A stretch of 64,000 nucleotides of DNA from an uncultured Desulfospira sp. (lineage in GTDB: Bacteria; Desulfobacterota; Desulfobacteria; Desulfobacterales; Desulfobacteraceae). The position numbers were made by a program, and so were the translations under genes. The stretch's first letter is position 1; each line of letters opens with the position of its first letter. Positions 17,890 through 28,005 of the stretch are shown here, in pieces. The notes under the pieces were generated by a model, which was given only the letters and a program-made list of their open reading frames with translations, was not told the DNA's origin and ran no database searches. The stretch is taken from contig OY760175.1 in assembly GCA_963663165.1 (NCBI GenBank), positions 384,001 to 448,000 on the forward strand, read 5' to 3'.

Positions 17890-19017
17890 TCAAATTTTTA
17901 CAAGCTTGAACTCCGTTGCTGCGGTTTTGATTTCTTCTATTTCCGGGGTGGCCGGGGCCAGCTGCTCGGCGGCCGTGAGCAGGTCATAAAACCTGCCGTT
18001 GGCGTTGATGATCCGGCGGCTGTTGTCGGGCTCGCCAAAGCCGGTCTGGTGGTAGTGGGTCTGGATCTGGGTTTTGAAGGTTTCGCTTAATGGACCTGTG
18101 ATGAGGTTAAGTTCCAGGAGGCGGTAGAGAAAGGCTTCGGCTGAGATGCCGAACCGGTGTTTGATGCGAAGCAGAAGGTCAAAGGTCCAGGTGTCAGGGG
18201 TGATCCCCAGCTGCCCGATCGTGGCCCGGACAGCGGTGGCCGGTGCCAGAAACGTGGCGGCAAAGCATCGGGCGGCCCGGATGGGGGTGACGGGCCGGGG
18301 GCCGGGATCGGATTCGGGGAAAAGGGTGTCTTTTCTGATTCTGATCTGGTTGAAGATCAGGATTTTGCCAAGCTCTGTGGCAAGGGAGAAAAGCTGTTTT
18401 TCCGGGTTCTTCTTTGCGTCGATGAAAAAAAAGGCGTTCTGGTGGATGGGTTCGTAAAAGGAGACGGCGTCAAAGTCTTGGGCCGCCTTCATGAAAGGGA
18501 GGACGAGGATGCGCAATCCAAAATTTTCAAACAGTTCCAGGTAGTCAAATACCACGGCGTCCCCGGTGCCCATGGCGTCCCTGACCCTTTGGGACAGATG
18601 TTCCATGCCCGGATAGTCCGGTTCAAAGGGGAGGGTCAGGGGAACAAGGGCGTGTTTTTGAACACCCAGGATGTCTTCCAGTGCATGGAAGGCGGTCATG
18701 AGTTGGTGGCACACCGACAGCAGTGGCTTGGGCGGGATGACCGGGTCTTGATCAATGGCCGTAAACAGGGCGTCGGTGTCGGCGGCTGAGGCCCGGGCCT
18801 GGGTCAGTTCCGGGGAAAACAGGGCGTCGGCCGGGACATCTAAGGCCTGGGTGAGGCTGTAGATCACCGCTGCCGAGGGCAGGTTGATGCCCCGTTCAAT
18901 GCGGCCGAGGGGGCCTTCCCGGATGCCGATTTTGGCGGCAAGCCGGGCCAGGGTCCAGTTTCGGGACCGGCGGAAAAAACGGATGTTTTTTCCGATAAAT
19001 TTTAGGTCGTCGCTCAT
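17890..19017 (-). CDS. XRE HTH fused to an ImmA/IrrE (peptidase M78)-like domain with a degenerate Zn motif
   Basis: N-terminal HTH (WTLARLAAKIGI...LGRIERG); QLFSLATELGK where RFTLAHELGH is expected; ARCFAATFLAP and KHRFGISAEAFLYRL. Confidence 0.8.
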   Translation of the reverse strand: MSDDLKFIGKNIRFFRRSRNWTLARLAAKIGIREGPLGRIERGINLPSAAVIYSLTQALDVPADALFSPELTQARASAADTDALFTAIDQDPVIPPKPLLSVCHQLMTAFHALEDILGVQKHALVPLTLPFEPDYPGMEHLSQRVRDAMGTGDAVVFDYLELFENFGLRILVLPFMKAAQDFDAVSFYEPIHQNAFFFIDAKKNPEKQLFSLATELGKILIFNQIRIRKDTLFPESDPGPRPVTPIRAARCFAATFLAPATAVRATIGQLGITPDTWTFDLLLRIKHRFGISAEAFLYRLLELNLITGPLSETFKTQIQTHYHQTGFGEPDNSRRIINANGRFYDLLTAAEQLAPATPEIEEIKTAATEFKLVKI

Positions 19018-19102
19018 GAAGTTTTTAAAACCATATAGTTCTGTTTATGTCAATAGGCAAGGATGATTTTTGTTAAAAAAAATTGATGTGTGCTAAACAA
19101 GG

Positions 19103-19220
19103 CCATTAACTTAAGCGTTAATGGTAAGAAACCGGAGACAAGGGGACGAAGCCCCTTTGGCGCCTGGTTAACTGGCCTCAGGATAGAAGAGGCCTGTGAT
19201 AAAAAGCCTTAAGTTAATGG
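19103..19220. repeat. Small element bounded by the inverted repeats CCATTAACTTAAG / CTTAAGTTAATGG
   Basis: 13-bp perfect terminal inverted repeats with internal hairpins, at the right edge of the island. Confidence 0.55.
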
Positions 19221-19285
19221 TATTGTGTGCTTAAATTGGCGGGTGTTCGGAAAGCAGAGGGGAGCAAAAGGGCAGGGCCAAGGCC

Positions 19286-19513
19286 CTAATCCTTGGGCAG
19301 GCCGTAAACCAGAAGGTCCATCAGCAGGTCAACCCGGGCGGCTTTTTCTGATTTGGAAATCTCGTTGAACGGATCATTGAAAAACCGGTCAAAGGAACCG
19401 GGGTCATCAATAATCTGGGACGCGTAGACAGCCTTAAAGTCATTAAAGCTGAGTCCGGTTGCCGAGCAGTGGTCAAGGATGCGTTGTTTAATTATTTTGT
19501 GATCCGTCTCCAT
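19286..19513 (-). CDS. Hypothetical protein (75 aa)
   Basis: ATG-started ORF co-oriented with its neighbours; no recognisable motif. Confidence 0.55.
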   Translation of the reverse strand: METDHKIIKQRILDHCSATGLSFNDFKAVYASQIIDDPGSFDRFFNDPFNEISKSEKAARVDLLMDLLVYGLPKD

Positions 19514-19580
19514 GAAAAATATATAAAACTTCGCTGGGGCAAAATAAAGAAATCTTTTTTAATTCCGGGTCAAGGCCGGT

Positions 19581-22500
19581 TCAGGCACTCATGGCCGGAT
19601 GGTCCTGCCCGGCCTGTTTGGCCGTATGGATGAAAAAGGCCAGCCGGTTCTGTATGTTGGCGTCGCTGTTTCCCGCGTCCATGTCCAGGGCAAGGAAATT
19701 CAGATCCGGGAACAGATCGGTCAGCTTCTTGGACATTCCCTTGGCCACAATGTGGTTGGCAATGCACCCAAAGGGCTGAAGGCTGATGATGTTCCGGATG
19801 CCGGATTCGGCCATGGTGACCACTTCGCCGGGCAGCAGCCAGCCTTCTCCGGCCTGGTTGGCCAGGCTGATGACGGTTTCGGCTTTCCGGGCCAGTTCAA
19901 ATGCCGATGGAATGGGGCCCAGGTCAACCTTGAAGGATGACATCAGGGTGTTGACGTGCCGGATTCTCCGGTCCACCAGCCGCTGAACGAACGAAAGGCC
20001 CTTTTGGCCCAGGCGGTTGCAGGACTGGATATGGTGGGCGGCATTAAAGGAGATATTGACAATGGATTGCATAAAAAAGGTCATCAGCGGGGGGACAAAG
20101 ACCTGAATGCCTTCACAAGTGAGCCTGTCGACAATATGGTTGTTGGCAAATGGATTGTATTTGACGTAGATTTCACCCACAATCCCTGCTTTGGGATAGC
20201 GGCCGGGGCAGGTCCTGATCCGGTTGAAATCATTAATGGCATGTTCAAGCAGTGTGCTGCTGTGTTTGACGGTCCATCGGCCCACATGGCTTTGGGCGGT
20301 TTTTACATGGGTTTCCAGGACGGCCAGGGCATCTCCTCGGGTACGTTCCCGGACCGCAATGGCATGGTACATGCGGATAAGCTGATCCATCACCAGCAGG
20401 GCGGAAAGGATCAGGCTGATGGCCTGGGGCCGGTTGATGGAAAAGCCGGGCTGGTCGTTGGCGCTCTGCTTGCTGAAAGAGGGGGAGACCACCGGGATGT
20501 TGTCGTATCCGGCCTGCAGCAGGGCCTTTTTTAACAGGGAGGTGTAGTTGGTGGCCCGGCATTGCCCCCCGGTTTCGGTCAGGGCCACGGCCGTGTTGGC
20601 AAGGTCATACTTTCCGCTGTTTAAGCCTTTGATGATATCGCCGATGGTGATAATGGCCGGGTAGCACATGTCGTTGTTCACGTATTTTAAACCAAGTTTT
20701 ACCGACTCGTTGTCCGGGGGCGGCAGGATTTCAACCTGGTATCCCATGGGGATGAAAACCGTTTGGGCAAATAAAGAGTAGAACGGGGAAAAGTCGGGAA
20801 CCAGAATGTTCCGTGCCCGGTCCGCCTTTTTGAAGGGGGGCAGTTTTTTTCTGGAACGGCTGGGCACAGGCTTTGCGCTTTCTTTGCGCGTTTCAAGCAT
20901 GGACCGGATGCGCAGTCTGGCCGATCCGATACTGGTGATTTCGTCTATCTTTAATACCACGGGAACCTTGCCGTAGGTTTTTAAAATTACCTTGACCTCG
21001 TCAATTACCACGGCGTCCGGCCCGCACCCAAAGGAGTTGAACTGGACAAATTGAGCTGCGGGTTCTTTCCCGGTCCAGTGGGCGGCCCGGTAAAGCCGGT
21101 TGGAATATTGCCACTGGTCCGCCACTTCAAGGGATTCGGGCAGCTCAACAGCCCCAAGGGGCAGGGCGTCTTCTGACAGGACATGGATTCCCATGCGGCT
21201 GATCAGATCGGGGATGGCATGATTGACGGCCGGGTCCGCATGATAGGGGCGGCCGGCCAGCACCACCATCAGTTCATTATTGGCCCGTGCCCTTTCAATG
21301 GTTTTTTTGCCCGCAGCCCTTAACGCTTGTTTAAACCGGTCCATGGCCCCAAGGGCCTTTGAAAAAGCCTGTTGAAACCGGCTTTCCGGGACATTGAATT
21401 TTTTGACATAGGCCCGGCAGGCTTTTTCAAGCAGGATTTTATCGTTGAAGTTGATGGTGGGGCTGTCCATGGGAATGCCGTACCGTGACGGGTTGACGGC
21501 GCTGTTGATCACATCGGGGTATCCGGTGATCACCGGGCAGTTAAAATGATTGGATTCGTCCTTGAATTGTGAGGCCTCAAACACCACCCGGGGGAAAAAA
21601 ATAAAATCCGTTTTTTGGGTTATCAGGTCAAATATGTGGGCATGGACCAGCTTGGCCGGATAGCAGATATTGTCCGACATGATGGTGGTGGCGCTGTTAA
21701 TGCCAAGGTCCTTGTCCCGGGGGCGGGACCGGACCACCGTAAACCCGAGGCCGTTGAACAGGGCGGCCCAGAAGGGGAAATTTTCAAAAAGGTTTAAGAC
21801 CATGGGAATCCCGATAACCGGGGCCCCGGCATCCGGTGTCTTAGCATCAGATGCCGTATCTGTCAGGTCTTCCAGCAGCCGGTACTTGATATTAAACAGG
21901 TTGTCGCCGGGGGTGATAACCTTGTGGCTGTTGGAGAACTTCTGGTCGCACCGGTTTCCGGTATAGTACCGGCACCCGTTGGGGAACCGGATCATATGGA
22001 CCCGGCAGTGGTTGGTGCATCCCTTGCAGGTGACCTGTTTTTCAACGGTATTGCCGGCGCAGGCCAGACTGTCAAACAGCGGCCGGGCCATACCGGTATG
22101 GGCCGGTTTGCCGGCGGCAATTTGCCGGGCATAGATGGCGGCCCCATAGGCCCCCATGTATTCGGCAATGTCCGGCCGGACGATATCAGTGTCCAGCAGT
22201 TTTTCCAGGGCCCTCAACACGGCGGGATTTTTAAAGGTGCCCCCCTGGGCGACAATTTTTCCCCCAAGTTCCCGGGCATCGGATATCCTTAACACCTTGT
22301 GAAGGCAGTTCTGGATCACCGCGTAGGACAATCCGGCCGCCACATCCGCCACATGGCTTCCCTGGCGCAAGGCCTGTTTAACACTGGAATTCATGAACAC
22401 GGTACACCGGCTGCCCAGGTCCGCCGGATGCCTGGATGTGCAGGCAAGATCCCCGAAACCTGCTGCCGTGTAGCCCAGGGAATCGGCAAAGGTTTCAATA

Positions 22501-23906
22501 AACGAACCGCAGCCCGACGAGCAGGCTTCATTGACTTCAATTTTGGTGATCAGCCCGTTTTCAACAAAGATGGCCTTGATGTCCTGGCCGCCGATGTCCA
22601 GAATAAAGGTGACGTCCGGATCAAATTGTCTGGCCGCATAATAATGGGCCAGTGTCTCCACCATGCCGGTGTCAATGTTTAATGCCGCCCGGATCAGTTC
22701 CTCACCGTATCCGGTCACCACGCACTGTTTTACCTCACAGGGGATCTTTTGGGCATCAAGGGTTTGTTTTAAGGCGAAAAGGCCCTTTTGAACGCTTTTA
22801 ACGGGATTGCCCCGGTTATGGTCATAATGCACAAACAGGATCTGGTCCCTGGCATCGGCGGCCACTATTTTCGTGGTGGTGGAGCCGGCGTCAATGCCCA
22901 CAAACAGTTCTTTCCCCGCCGGGGCCTGGACCCGGGGAACCGTGTACTGGGCCTTGTTAATATCCCACATGATCCGTTCCTGATCGTTTTTGAACAGCAT
23001 GTCATGCTGGGCGGTTAAGGAGATTTCCCCGCCGGTTTCCTTTAATTTCCGGCAAAGCAGGTCCAGTTCTGTGGCCTTAGCAACTCCGGCATCCAGGGTC
23101 AGGGCCGCGCCATATGCCGGAAATACCCTGGACATCTCCGGCAGAATGGTCTGGTCCGGATGGATTGATAAGACCCGGCAAAAAGACTGCCTTAAGGACC
23201 GGTAGTAAAATAAAGGCCCGCCCACAAATACCACCGGCGGTTTAATGTCCCGGCCCCGGGCAAGGGAGTTGACCGCCTGGATGGCCACGGCCTGGAACAC
23301 CGATGCGGCGATCTGGGTTTTGGGGATTCCGGTGTTGATCAGGTTCTGGACATCGGTTTTGGCAAACACCCCGCAGCGCGAGGCAATGGTATGGCAGGTA
23401 TCTGCCTGTAAGGCCAGCTGGTCAAGCTCATCGGTGGTGAGGTTCATCAGGCTTGCCATCTGGTCGATAAAGGCGCCGGTGCCGCCGGCACAGTTGCCGT
23501 TCATGCGCATATCCGGGCCGCAGCGGTCGTTGAAAAAGATCATTTTGCTGTCTTCTCCCCCGATATCGATGAGCATCTTGCTTTGGGGGTGCCGGCCCGT
23601 GACCGCACCTGAGGCCGCCACCACTTCCTGGACAAAGGGAAGATCCGTCCGTTCGGCAATCCCCATTCCGGCGGAACCCGTCAGTACCGGGCATACCCTG
23701 ATATTGCCAAAGCGGTCATGCACGCGGTCCAGCATGGATAAAATTGTTTTTAAAACATCGGCCTTGTGGCGGTGATAGTCCGAGTAAATGACATTGACGC
23801 TTGAATTCACCAATACCAGCTTTGCAGTCGTGGAACCCAGATCCAGGCCCAGACGGAACACCTCAGGCATTCGGTCGACTTGCCCTTTTCCATTGTTTTT
23901 CAACAT
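19581..23906 (-). CDS. Multidomain 2-hydroxyacyl-CoA dehydratase activase-like protein (two BadF/BcrAD ATPase domains plus DUF2229-type domains)
   Basis: GLDLGSTTAK, DIGGEDSK, CAGGTG, second GIDAGSTTTK/DIGGQD/CSSGCG, CKGCTNHC, FGCGPD, QPFGCIANH. Confidence 0.9.
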   Translation of the reverse strand: MLKNNGKGQVDRMPEVFRLGLDLGSTTAKLVLVNSSVNVIYSDYHRHKADVLKTILSMLDRVHDRFGNIRVCPVLTGSAGMGIAERTDLPFVQEVVAASGAVTGRHPQSKMLIDIGGEDSKMIFFNDRCGPDMRMNGNCAGGTGAFIDQMASLMNLTTDELDQLALQADTCHTIASRCGVFAKTDVQNLINTGIPKTQIAASVFQAVAIQAVNSLARGRDIKPPVVFVGGPLFYYRSLRQSFCRVLSIHPDQTILPEMSRVFPAYGAALTLDAGVAKATELDLLCRKLKETGGEISLTAQHDMLFKNDQERIMWDINKAQYTVPRVQAPAGKELFVGIDAGSTTTKIVAADARDQILFVHYDHNRGNPVKSVQKGLFALKQTLDAQKIPCEVKQCVVTGYGEELIRAALNIDTGMVETLAHYYAARQFDPDVTFILDIGGQDIKAIFVENGLITKIEVNEACSSGCGSFIETFADSLGYTAAGFGDLACTSRHPADLGSRCTVFMNSSVKQALRQGSHVADVAAGLSYAVIQNCLHKVLRISDARELGGKIVAQGGTFKNPAVLRALEKLLDTDIVRPDIAEYMGAYGAAIYARQIAAGKPAHTGMARPLFDSLACAGNTVEKQVTCKGCTNHCRVHMIRFPNGCRYYTGNRCDQKFSNSHKVITPGDNLFNIKYRLLEDLTDTASDAKTPDAGAPVIGIPMVLNLFENFPFWAALFNGLGFTVVRSRPRDKDLGINSATTIMSDNICYPAKLVHAHIFDLITQKTDFIFFPRVVFEASQFKDESNHFNCPVITGYPDVINSAVNPSRYGIPMDSPTINFNDKILLEKACRAYVKKFNVPESRFQQAFSKALGAMDRFKQALRAAGKKTIERARANNELMVVLAGRPYHADPAVNHAIPDLISRMGIHVLSEDALPLGAVELPESLEVADQWQYSNRLYRAAHWTGKEPAAQFVQFNSFGCGPDAVVIDEVKVILKTYGKVPVVLKIDEITSIGSARLRIRSMLETRKESAKPVPSRSRKKLPPFKKADRARNILVPDFSPFYSLFAQTVFIPMGYQVEILPPPDNESVKLGLKYVNNDMCYPAIITIGDIIKGLNSGKYDLANTAVALTETGGQCRATNYTSLLKKALLQAGYDNIPVVSPSFSKQSANDQPGFSINRPQAISLILSALLVMDQLIRMYHAIAVRERTRGDALAVLETHVKTAQSHVGRWTVKHSSTLLEHAINDFNRIRTCPGRYPKAGIVGEIYVKYNPFANNHIVDRLTCEGIQVFVPPLMTFFMQSIVNISFNAAHHIQSCNRLGQKGLSFVQRLVDRRIRHVNTLMSSFKVDLGPIPSAFELARKAETVISLANQAGEGWLLPGEVVTMAESGIRNIISLQPFGCIANHIVAKGMSKKLTDLFPDLNFLALDMDAGNSDANIQNRLAFFIHTAKQAGQDHPAMSA

Positions 23907-24100
23907 GGTCAGCTGCCCCCGTCATTGCGTATGAACACCTTATGTGAGAATGCCATAAAATGAATCTTAAAATTGACGTTATCCTGTTGTTGGGAATTTG
24001 TCAAAAGTATGATTTATATATTCTGTTTATATCCCCCTGCGCCTTTGCGGGAAAGTTAAAAAATGGTAGAATCCGGAACGGTTAACTTTGGTGCAGGGTT

Positions 24101-24436
24101 ATGGGGCTTACAGTTTTTACACAACAGGTGCTTGAGGTTGTCCGGGCCATCCCCGAGGGCAGGGTCCTGACCTACGGACAGGCGGCGCTTCTGGCCGGCA
24201 ATCCTAACGGGGCCCGGCAGGTGGCACGGATCCTTCATTCCATGTCCGGAAAGCACCAGCTGCCCTGGCACCGGGTGATCAACGCCAAAGGCCGGATTTC
24301 CCTGCCAAAGTCCCGGGGGTATGAACTTCAAAAGGCCCTGTTGGAATCTGAAAATGTCGGGTTTTCCCTTTCCGGGGAGGTGGATCTTTCCGTTTATCTG
24401 TGGATGCCGGACACCGGGACAGGAGAGCAGGGATGA
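24101..24436 (+). CDS. Alkyltransferase-like (ATL/YbaZ) O6-alkylguanine-binding protein
   Basis: IPEGRVLTYGQ, ARQV and PWHRV (Trp in place of the catalytic Cys). Confidence 0.9.
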   Translation: MGLTVFTQQVLEVVRAIPEGRVLTYGQAALLAGNPNGARQVARILHSMSGKHQLPWHRVINAKGRISLPKSRGYELQKALLESENVGFSLSGEVDLSVYLWMPDTGTGEQG

Positions 24437-26895
24437 GCCGAACCCGGTCCGGCCTGGTTCATCTGCCCATGGTCTGGGTGATGATGTTCCTGATCCTGGG
24501 CATTTTGCTGGGGGATGCCCTGGGCATGGTCTGGGGCGGCCTTGTTTTTTTATTGTTCTGGGCCGGGTATGGGGCCATGGCCCGGTCTCTCCTTGAAGGC
24601 ACGCCGGCGGTGGCGGCATGCCTGGGGCTGCTGGCCGGCATATGGGGGGTATACGGAGGGGTGTCGCCGGGCGCCTCACATCTGCCTGCCGGACATGTGG
24701 CCCGGTACTGTGACGGCCGTGTCTATGACATACAGGGGCGGATTGCCTCTTTTCAGGAACATTATCCGGGCAAGACCCGTGTTAAGCTTTCGGCCTGCGC
24801 CCTGAAGCCCCATAAGGGGGACGGCCAACACCGCCGGATTGTTAAAGGAAAGGTCTTTCTTAATCTTTACGGCCTGGAACAGTTTTGTGCCGGATACGGG
24901 GACCTGGTCACGGTAAGTGCCGCCCTCAAGCCTGTCCGGAATTTTAATAACCCGGGGGGATTTGATTACCGGACATTTTTAAGGCGGCAGGGCATTTATG
25001 GTTCAGTGAGTACCAAGGCCTCCAAGGTCGGGGTTTACCAGAGTCATGCCTTAAAAGACCGGTTCATGCAGCAGCTGGAAGCCTTGAGGAACGGTTTTTT
25101 TAACCTTGTTCTGATGCGGCTGGGGAATACCGATGCCGCCCATATCCTCAACGCTATGGTGACCGGTAAAAAACGGCTGATCCCGCCGGAACTCAGGGAC
25201 CGGTTTGCCAAGACCGGGACGGCCCATCTGCTGGCTATTTCAGGCCTTCATATGTCCATTCTCGGCCTGGTGGTGTTCTGGATCAGTTTTGGTCTGCTCT
25301 CGTTTTTCAGGCCCTGGCTGATTTCCGGCAGGGCGAAAAAGGCCGCCTGGGTGCTGACCTTGGGCCTGCTCTTTGTTTACGGGCTGTTTTCCGGGTTTTC
25401 CCCGTCTACCCGGCGGGCCTTTATCATGGCGGCCGTGTTTGCCCTTTCGTTTATCCTGGAAAGAGAGGCCCTCTCCTTTAATACCCTGGCCCTGGCCGGT
25501 CTGGTTATTTTGCTTTTGGAGCCCTTTGCCCTGTTTACCATTTCCTTTCAGCTGTCTTTTGGTGCGGTGGCCTTTATCCTGGCCGGGTTTGACCTGGCCC
25601 GCAAGTTTGGGATGATGGAGAAACATCAGATTATTGTCCGCGGGGGCAGTGCCTGCCTGGTTCCCCTGGCCGCAGGCCTTGGCACGTTGCCCCTGACGGC
25701 CTGTTATTTTAATATGGTGTCCCATGTCCAGGTCTTTGCCAACCTGATGCTGGTGCCCCTGGTGGGGTTTGTCTGCCTGCCGCTGGGATTTTTGGCGTTT
25801 GTGCTGTTTTGCATCTGCCCGGATTTTTCCTTCCCGCTGGTTGATCTTTGCGGGGGCCTGATCAATGGCGCACTGGCCCTGGCTGGGTTTTTTGAAGGGC
25901 TGCCCTTTGCCTGGGCCCGGGTGGGGACCCCGGACAAACTGGCCCTGGTTCTGATTTACCTTGGCTTTTTAGGGGCGTATCTGCTGTTAAAGACCGGGAA
26001 AAAGAAGGTGTGGGCCGCTTTTCTGGCCGTTGTTCTATTGGCACTCCTGGCAGATGCCGGTATGGCGGCCTGGAAACGGTTTCGTCCGGGAGATACCCGG
26101 ATTACCGTGCTGGATGTGGGGCAGGGCAATTCATGCCTGATCCGGTCCGGGACCGGCCATACCGTTCTGGTGGACGGCGGCGGGTTTTCGGGGCTGTCCG
26201 CCTTTGACCCGGGCCGGTATATTGTGGCGCCGTTTCTCTGGCAGCAGCATATTTTGACCCTGGATATGGTGGTCTTAACCCATCCTGAAGCAGACCATAT
26301 GAACGGGCTGGTGTTTATCCTGGAAAATTTTAAGGTCAAAAAGTTTGTCAAAAATCAGGATGTCAGAGACACGGGGGCTTACCAGAAAATGATGGAGATC
26401 TGCCGCAAAAAAGGGATTGGCCAGGTTCACCCGGGTTCCGGGACCAGGCAGTTTGATTCGGGCCGGGCCAGGCTTTCCTTTTTCGGGGTTCCGGCGGGGC
26501 ACCCGGACATTAACTTTAACGATAACTGCCTGGTGTTTAAGCTTTGCCAGGATAATTTTTCCATGCTGTTTGCCGGCGACATCATGACAACAAGGGAGCA
26601 GATCCTGGCGGACAGCCAGGGAGGACGGCTCGATTCCGACATTTTGCTGTGTCCCCACCATGGCAGCCAAAGTTCAAGCAATGATTTTTTCCTTGAAAAA
26701 GTCAGTCCTGAAAGTGTAATAATATCGTGTGGATTCGCCAATCGATATGGGTTTCCCCACTCACTGGTTTTAAACCGTTACATGGATCGCAAATGCCGGA
26801 TTTTTAGAACCGATATCCATGGGGCCGTCACCATCAGCGTCCGTGGCGGCACATATAACATCTTGCCGTATATTCAGACAACCGGCAAAGGATAA
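24433..26895 (+). CDS. comEC: ComEC/Rec2 DNA uptake protein
   Basis: NNPGGFDY, AHLLAISGLH, SFQLSF, LDVGQG, LTHPEADH, PHHGS, NRYGFPH; start approximate. Confidence 0.93.
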   Translation: MSRTRSGLVHLPMVWVMMFLILGILLGDALGMVWGGLVFLLFWAGYGAMARSLLEGTPAVAACLGLLAGIWGVYGGVSPGASHLPAGHVARYCDGRVYDIQGRIASFQEHYPGKTRVKLSACALKPHKGDGQHRRIVKGKVFLNLYGLEQFCAGYGDLVTVSAALKPVRNFNNPGGFDYRTFLRRQGIYGSVSTKASKVGVYQSHALKDRFMQQLEALRNGFFNLVLMRLGNTDAAHILNAMVTGKKRLIPPELRDRFAKTGTAHLLAISGLHMSILGLVVFWISFGLLSFFRPWLISGRAKKAAWVLTLGLLFVYGLFSGFSPSTRRAFIMAAVFALSFILEREALSFNTLALAGLVILLLEPFALFTISFQLSFGAVAFILAGFDLARKFGMMEKHQIIVRGGSACLVPLAAGLGTLPLTACYFNMVSHVQVFANLMLVPLVGFVCLPLGFLAFVLFCICPDFSFPLVDLCGGLINGALALAGFFEGLPFAWARVGTPDKLALVLIYLGFLGAYLLLKTGKKKVWAAFLAVVLLALLADAGMAAWKRFRPGDTRITVLDVGQGNSCLIRSGTGHTVLVDGGGFSGLSAFDPGRYIVAPFLWQQHILTLDMVVLTHPEADHMNGLVFILENFKVKKFVKNQDVRDTGAYQKMMEICRKKGIGQVHPGSGTRQFDSGRARLSFFGVPAGHPDINFNDNCLVFKLCQDNFSMLFAGDIMTTREQILADSQGGRLDSDILLCPHHGSQSSSNDFFLEKVSPESVIISCGFANRYGFPHSLVLNRYMDRKCRIFRTDIHGAVTISVRGGTYNILPYIQTTGKG

Positions 26896-26898
26896 ATC

Positions 26899-27723
26899 GT
26901 GTATTATTTTTATTTTCCCTATGTGTTCATTCTTTCCGGGGCCATGCTGTTTGACTGCTTTCGCAGAAAACAGCCCCTGTGGTGGGCCGCCATGGTGCTG
27001 TTTGCCCCGGTGACAGCCCCGTATTTTATTTTTAAGTCCCGCAAGACAGAGGGGTTGATTCTGTTCATGGTTTTCATGGCCACGTTTTCCATGGTGGCGG
27101 GCGTGGAAATTTATCTCTGGGCCAAGGATAAAGAAAAAAACAAGTATGCCCACCTTCCCCCCATTGTCCGTGAAACCATCCGGTTCAGCGATATCCTCAA
27201 GCAGACCACCCAGGACCTTGACCAGGCCCTGATCGAGCTTGAAGATATGTCCAAGAAAATGACCTCGCCCGGTGAGGTTCACGATACCCTGGCATTTATC
27301 AAAATTGTTCGTGAGGCCGAGGCGGTTAATCAGGAAGCCGTTACCCGGCTGGTCAGATTTACCCAGGATTACCAGTCCTATTTTGTGAAACAGGAGTTAA
27401 GCTGGGTGTACCAGATCAATGAGTTTTATACCTGCCGGAAGGTGATCATTCACCAGCGAAGCCTCAACCAGTACCTGGACGCCTTTGAAGCCATGCTCCG
27501 GTATATTGCCGACAATTTTGACGAGATTATGTCAAAGGAATCCAATCCCCAGAAAAAGAACTATGATGAATATTACATCCGGTACCGGCGGGCGGTTGAC
27601 CGGCATAACAAATTTAATGTCATGCGCATTGAGTTTCAGAACGAATTCTCCAAAAAACATCCCGGGGTGAGCCCGTACCTGCCCGGAACCCGTCAGACCG
27701 CAACTTTCAAGCTGTGGCAGTAG
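26899..27723 (+). CDS. Hypothetical membrane-anchored protein
   Basis: Hydrophobic N-terminal helices followed by a helical soluble domain. Confidence 0.7.
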   Translation: MYYFYFPYVFILSGAMLFDCFRRKQPLWWAAMVLFAPVTAPYFIFKSRKTEGLILFMVFMATFSMVAGVEIYLWAKDKEKNKYAHLPPIVRETIRFSDILKQTTQDLDQALIELEDMSKKMTSPGEVHDTLAFIKIVREAEAVNQEAVTRLVRFTQDYQSYFVKQELSWVYQINEFYTCRKVIIHQRSLNQYLDAFEAMLRYIADNFDEIMSKESNPQKKNYDEYYIRYRRAVDRHNKFNVMRIEFQNEFSKKHPGVSPYLPGTRQTATFKLWQ

Positions 27724-27765
27724 GTTTAGGGGGTTAGGGGTTCAGGCTGAAGGCTGAAGGGGGGG

Positions 27766-27971
27766 CAGGGTGATCGCATGTAACTTGCCTTCCGGTGATG
27801 TCAATTTAGATGATAAGGATAATAATGTATAAAATTAGGACTTGGGATATGGGACTTGGGCAGGCCGTGGATGCCGCAATCCCCAGGTCCCATATCCCAA
27901 GTCCAATTTTTTGGAGATTATTCTTATTTCCCATTCCAGGATGGCTTATTTTTTTACATGCGATTGCCCTG
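27766..27971. mobile_element. MITE copy 1, with 18-bp TIRs and an 11-bp target-site duplication
   Basis: CAGGGTGATCGCATGTAA ... TTACATGCGATTGCCCTG, flanked on both sides by TGAAGGGGGGG. Confidence 0.8.
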
Positions 27972-28005
27972 TGAAGGGGGGGACCTTTTACCTTCAGTCT
28001 TCCGC

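Noticed and set aside
19086..19100. Second target for the crRNA-like spacer upstream of the XRE gene (TGTGCTA)
   Set aside because: Only about 7 nt match, position 1 is mismatched and there is no TTN PAM
2961..19250. Tn7/CAST or prophage interpretation of the island
   Set aside because: No tns, tniQ, integrase or phage genes; cas3 is intact; the flanking gene is glmM, not glmS
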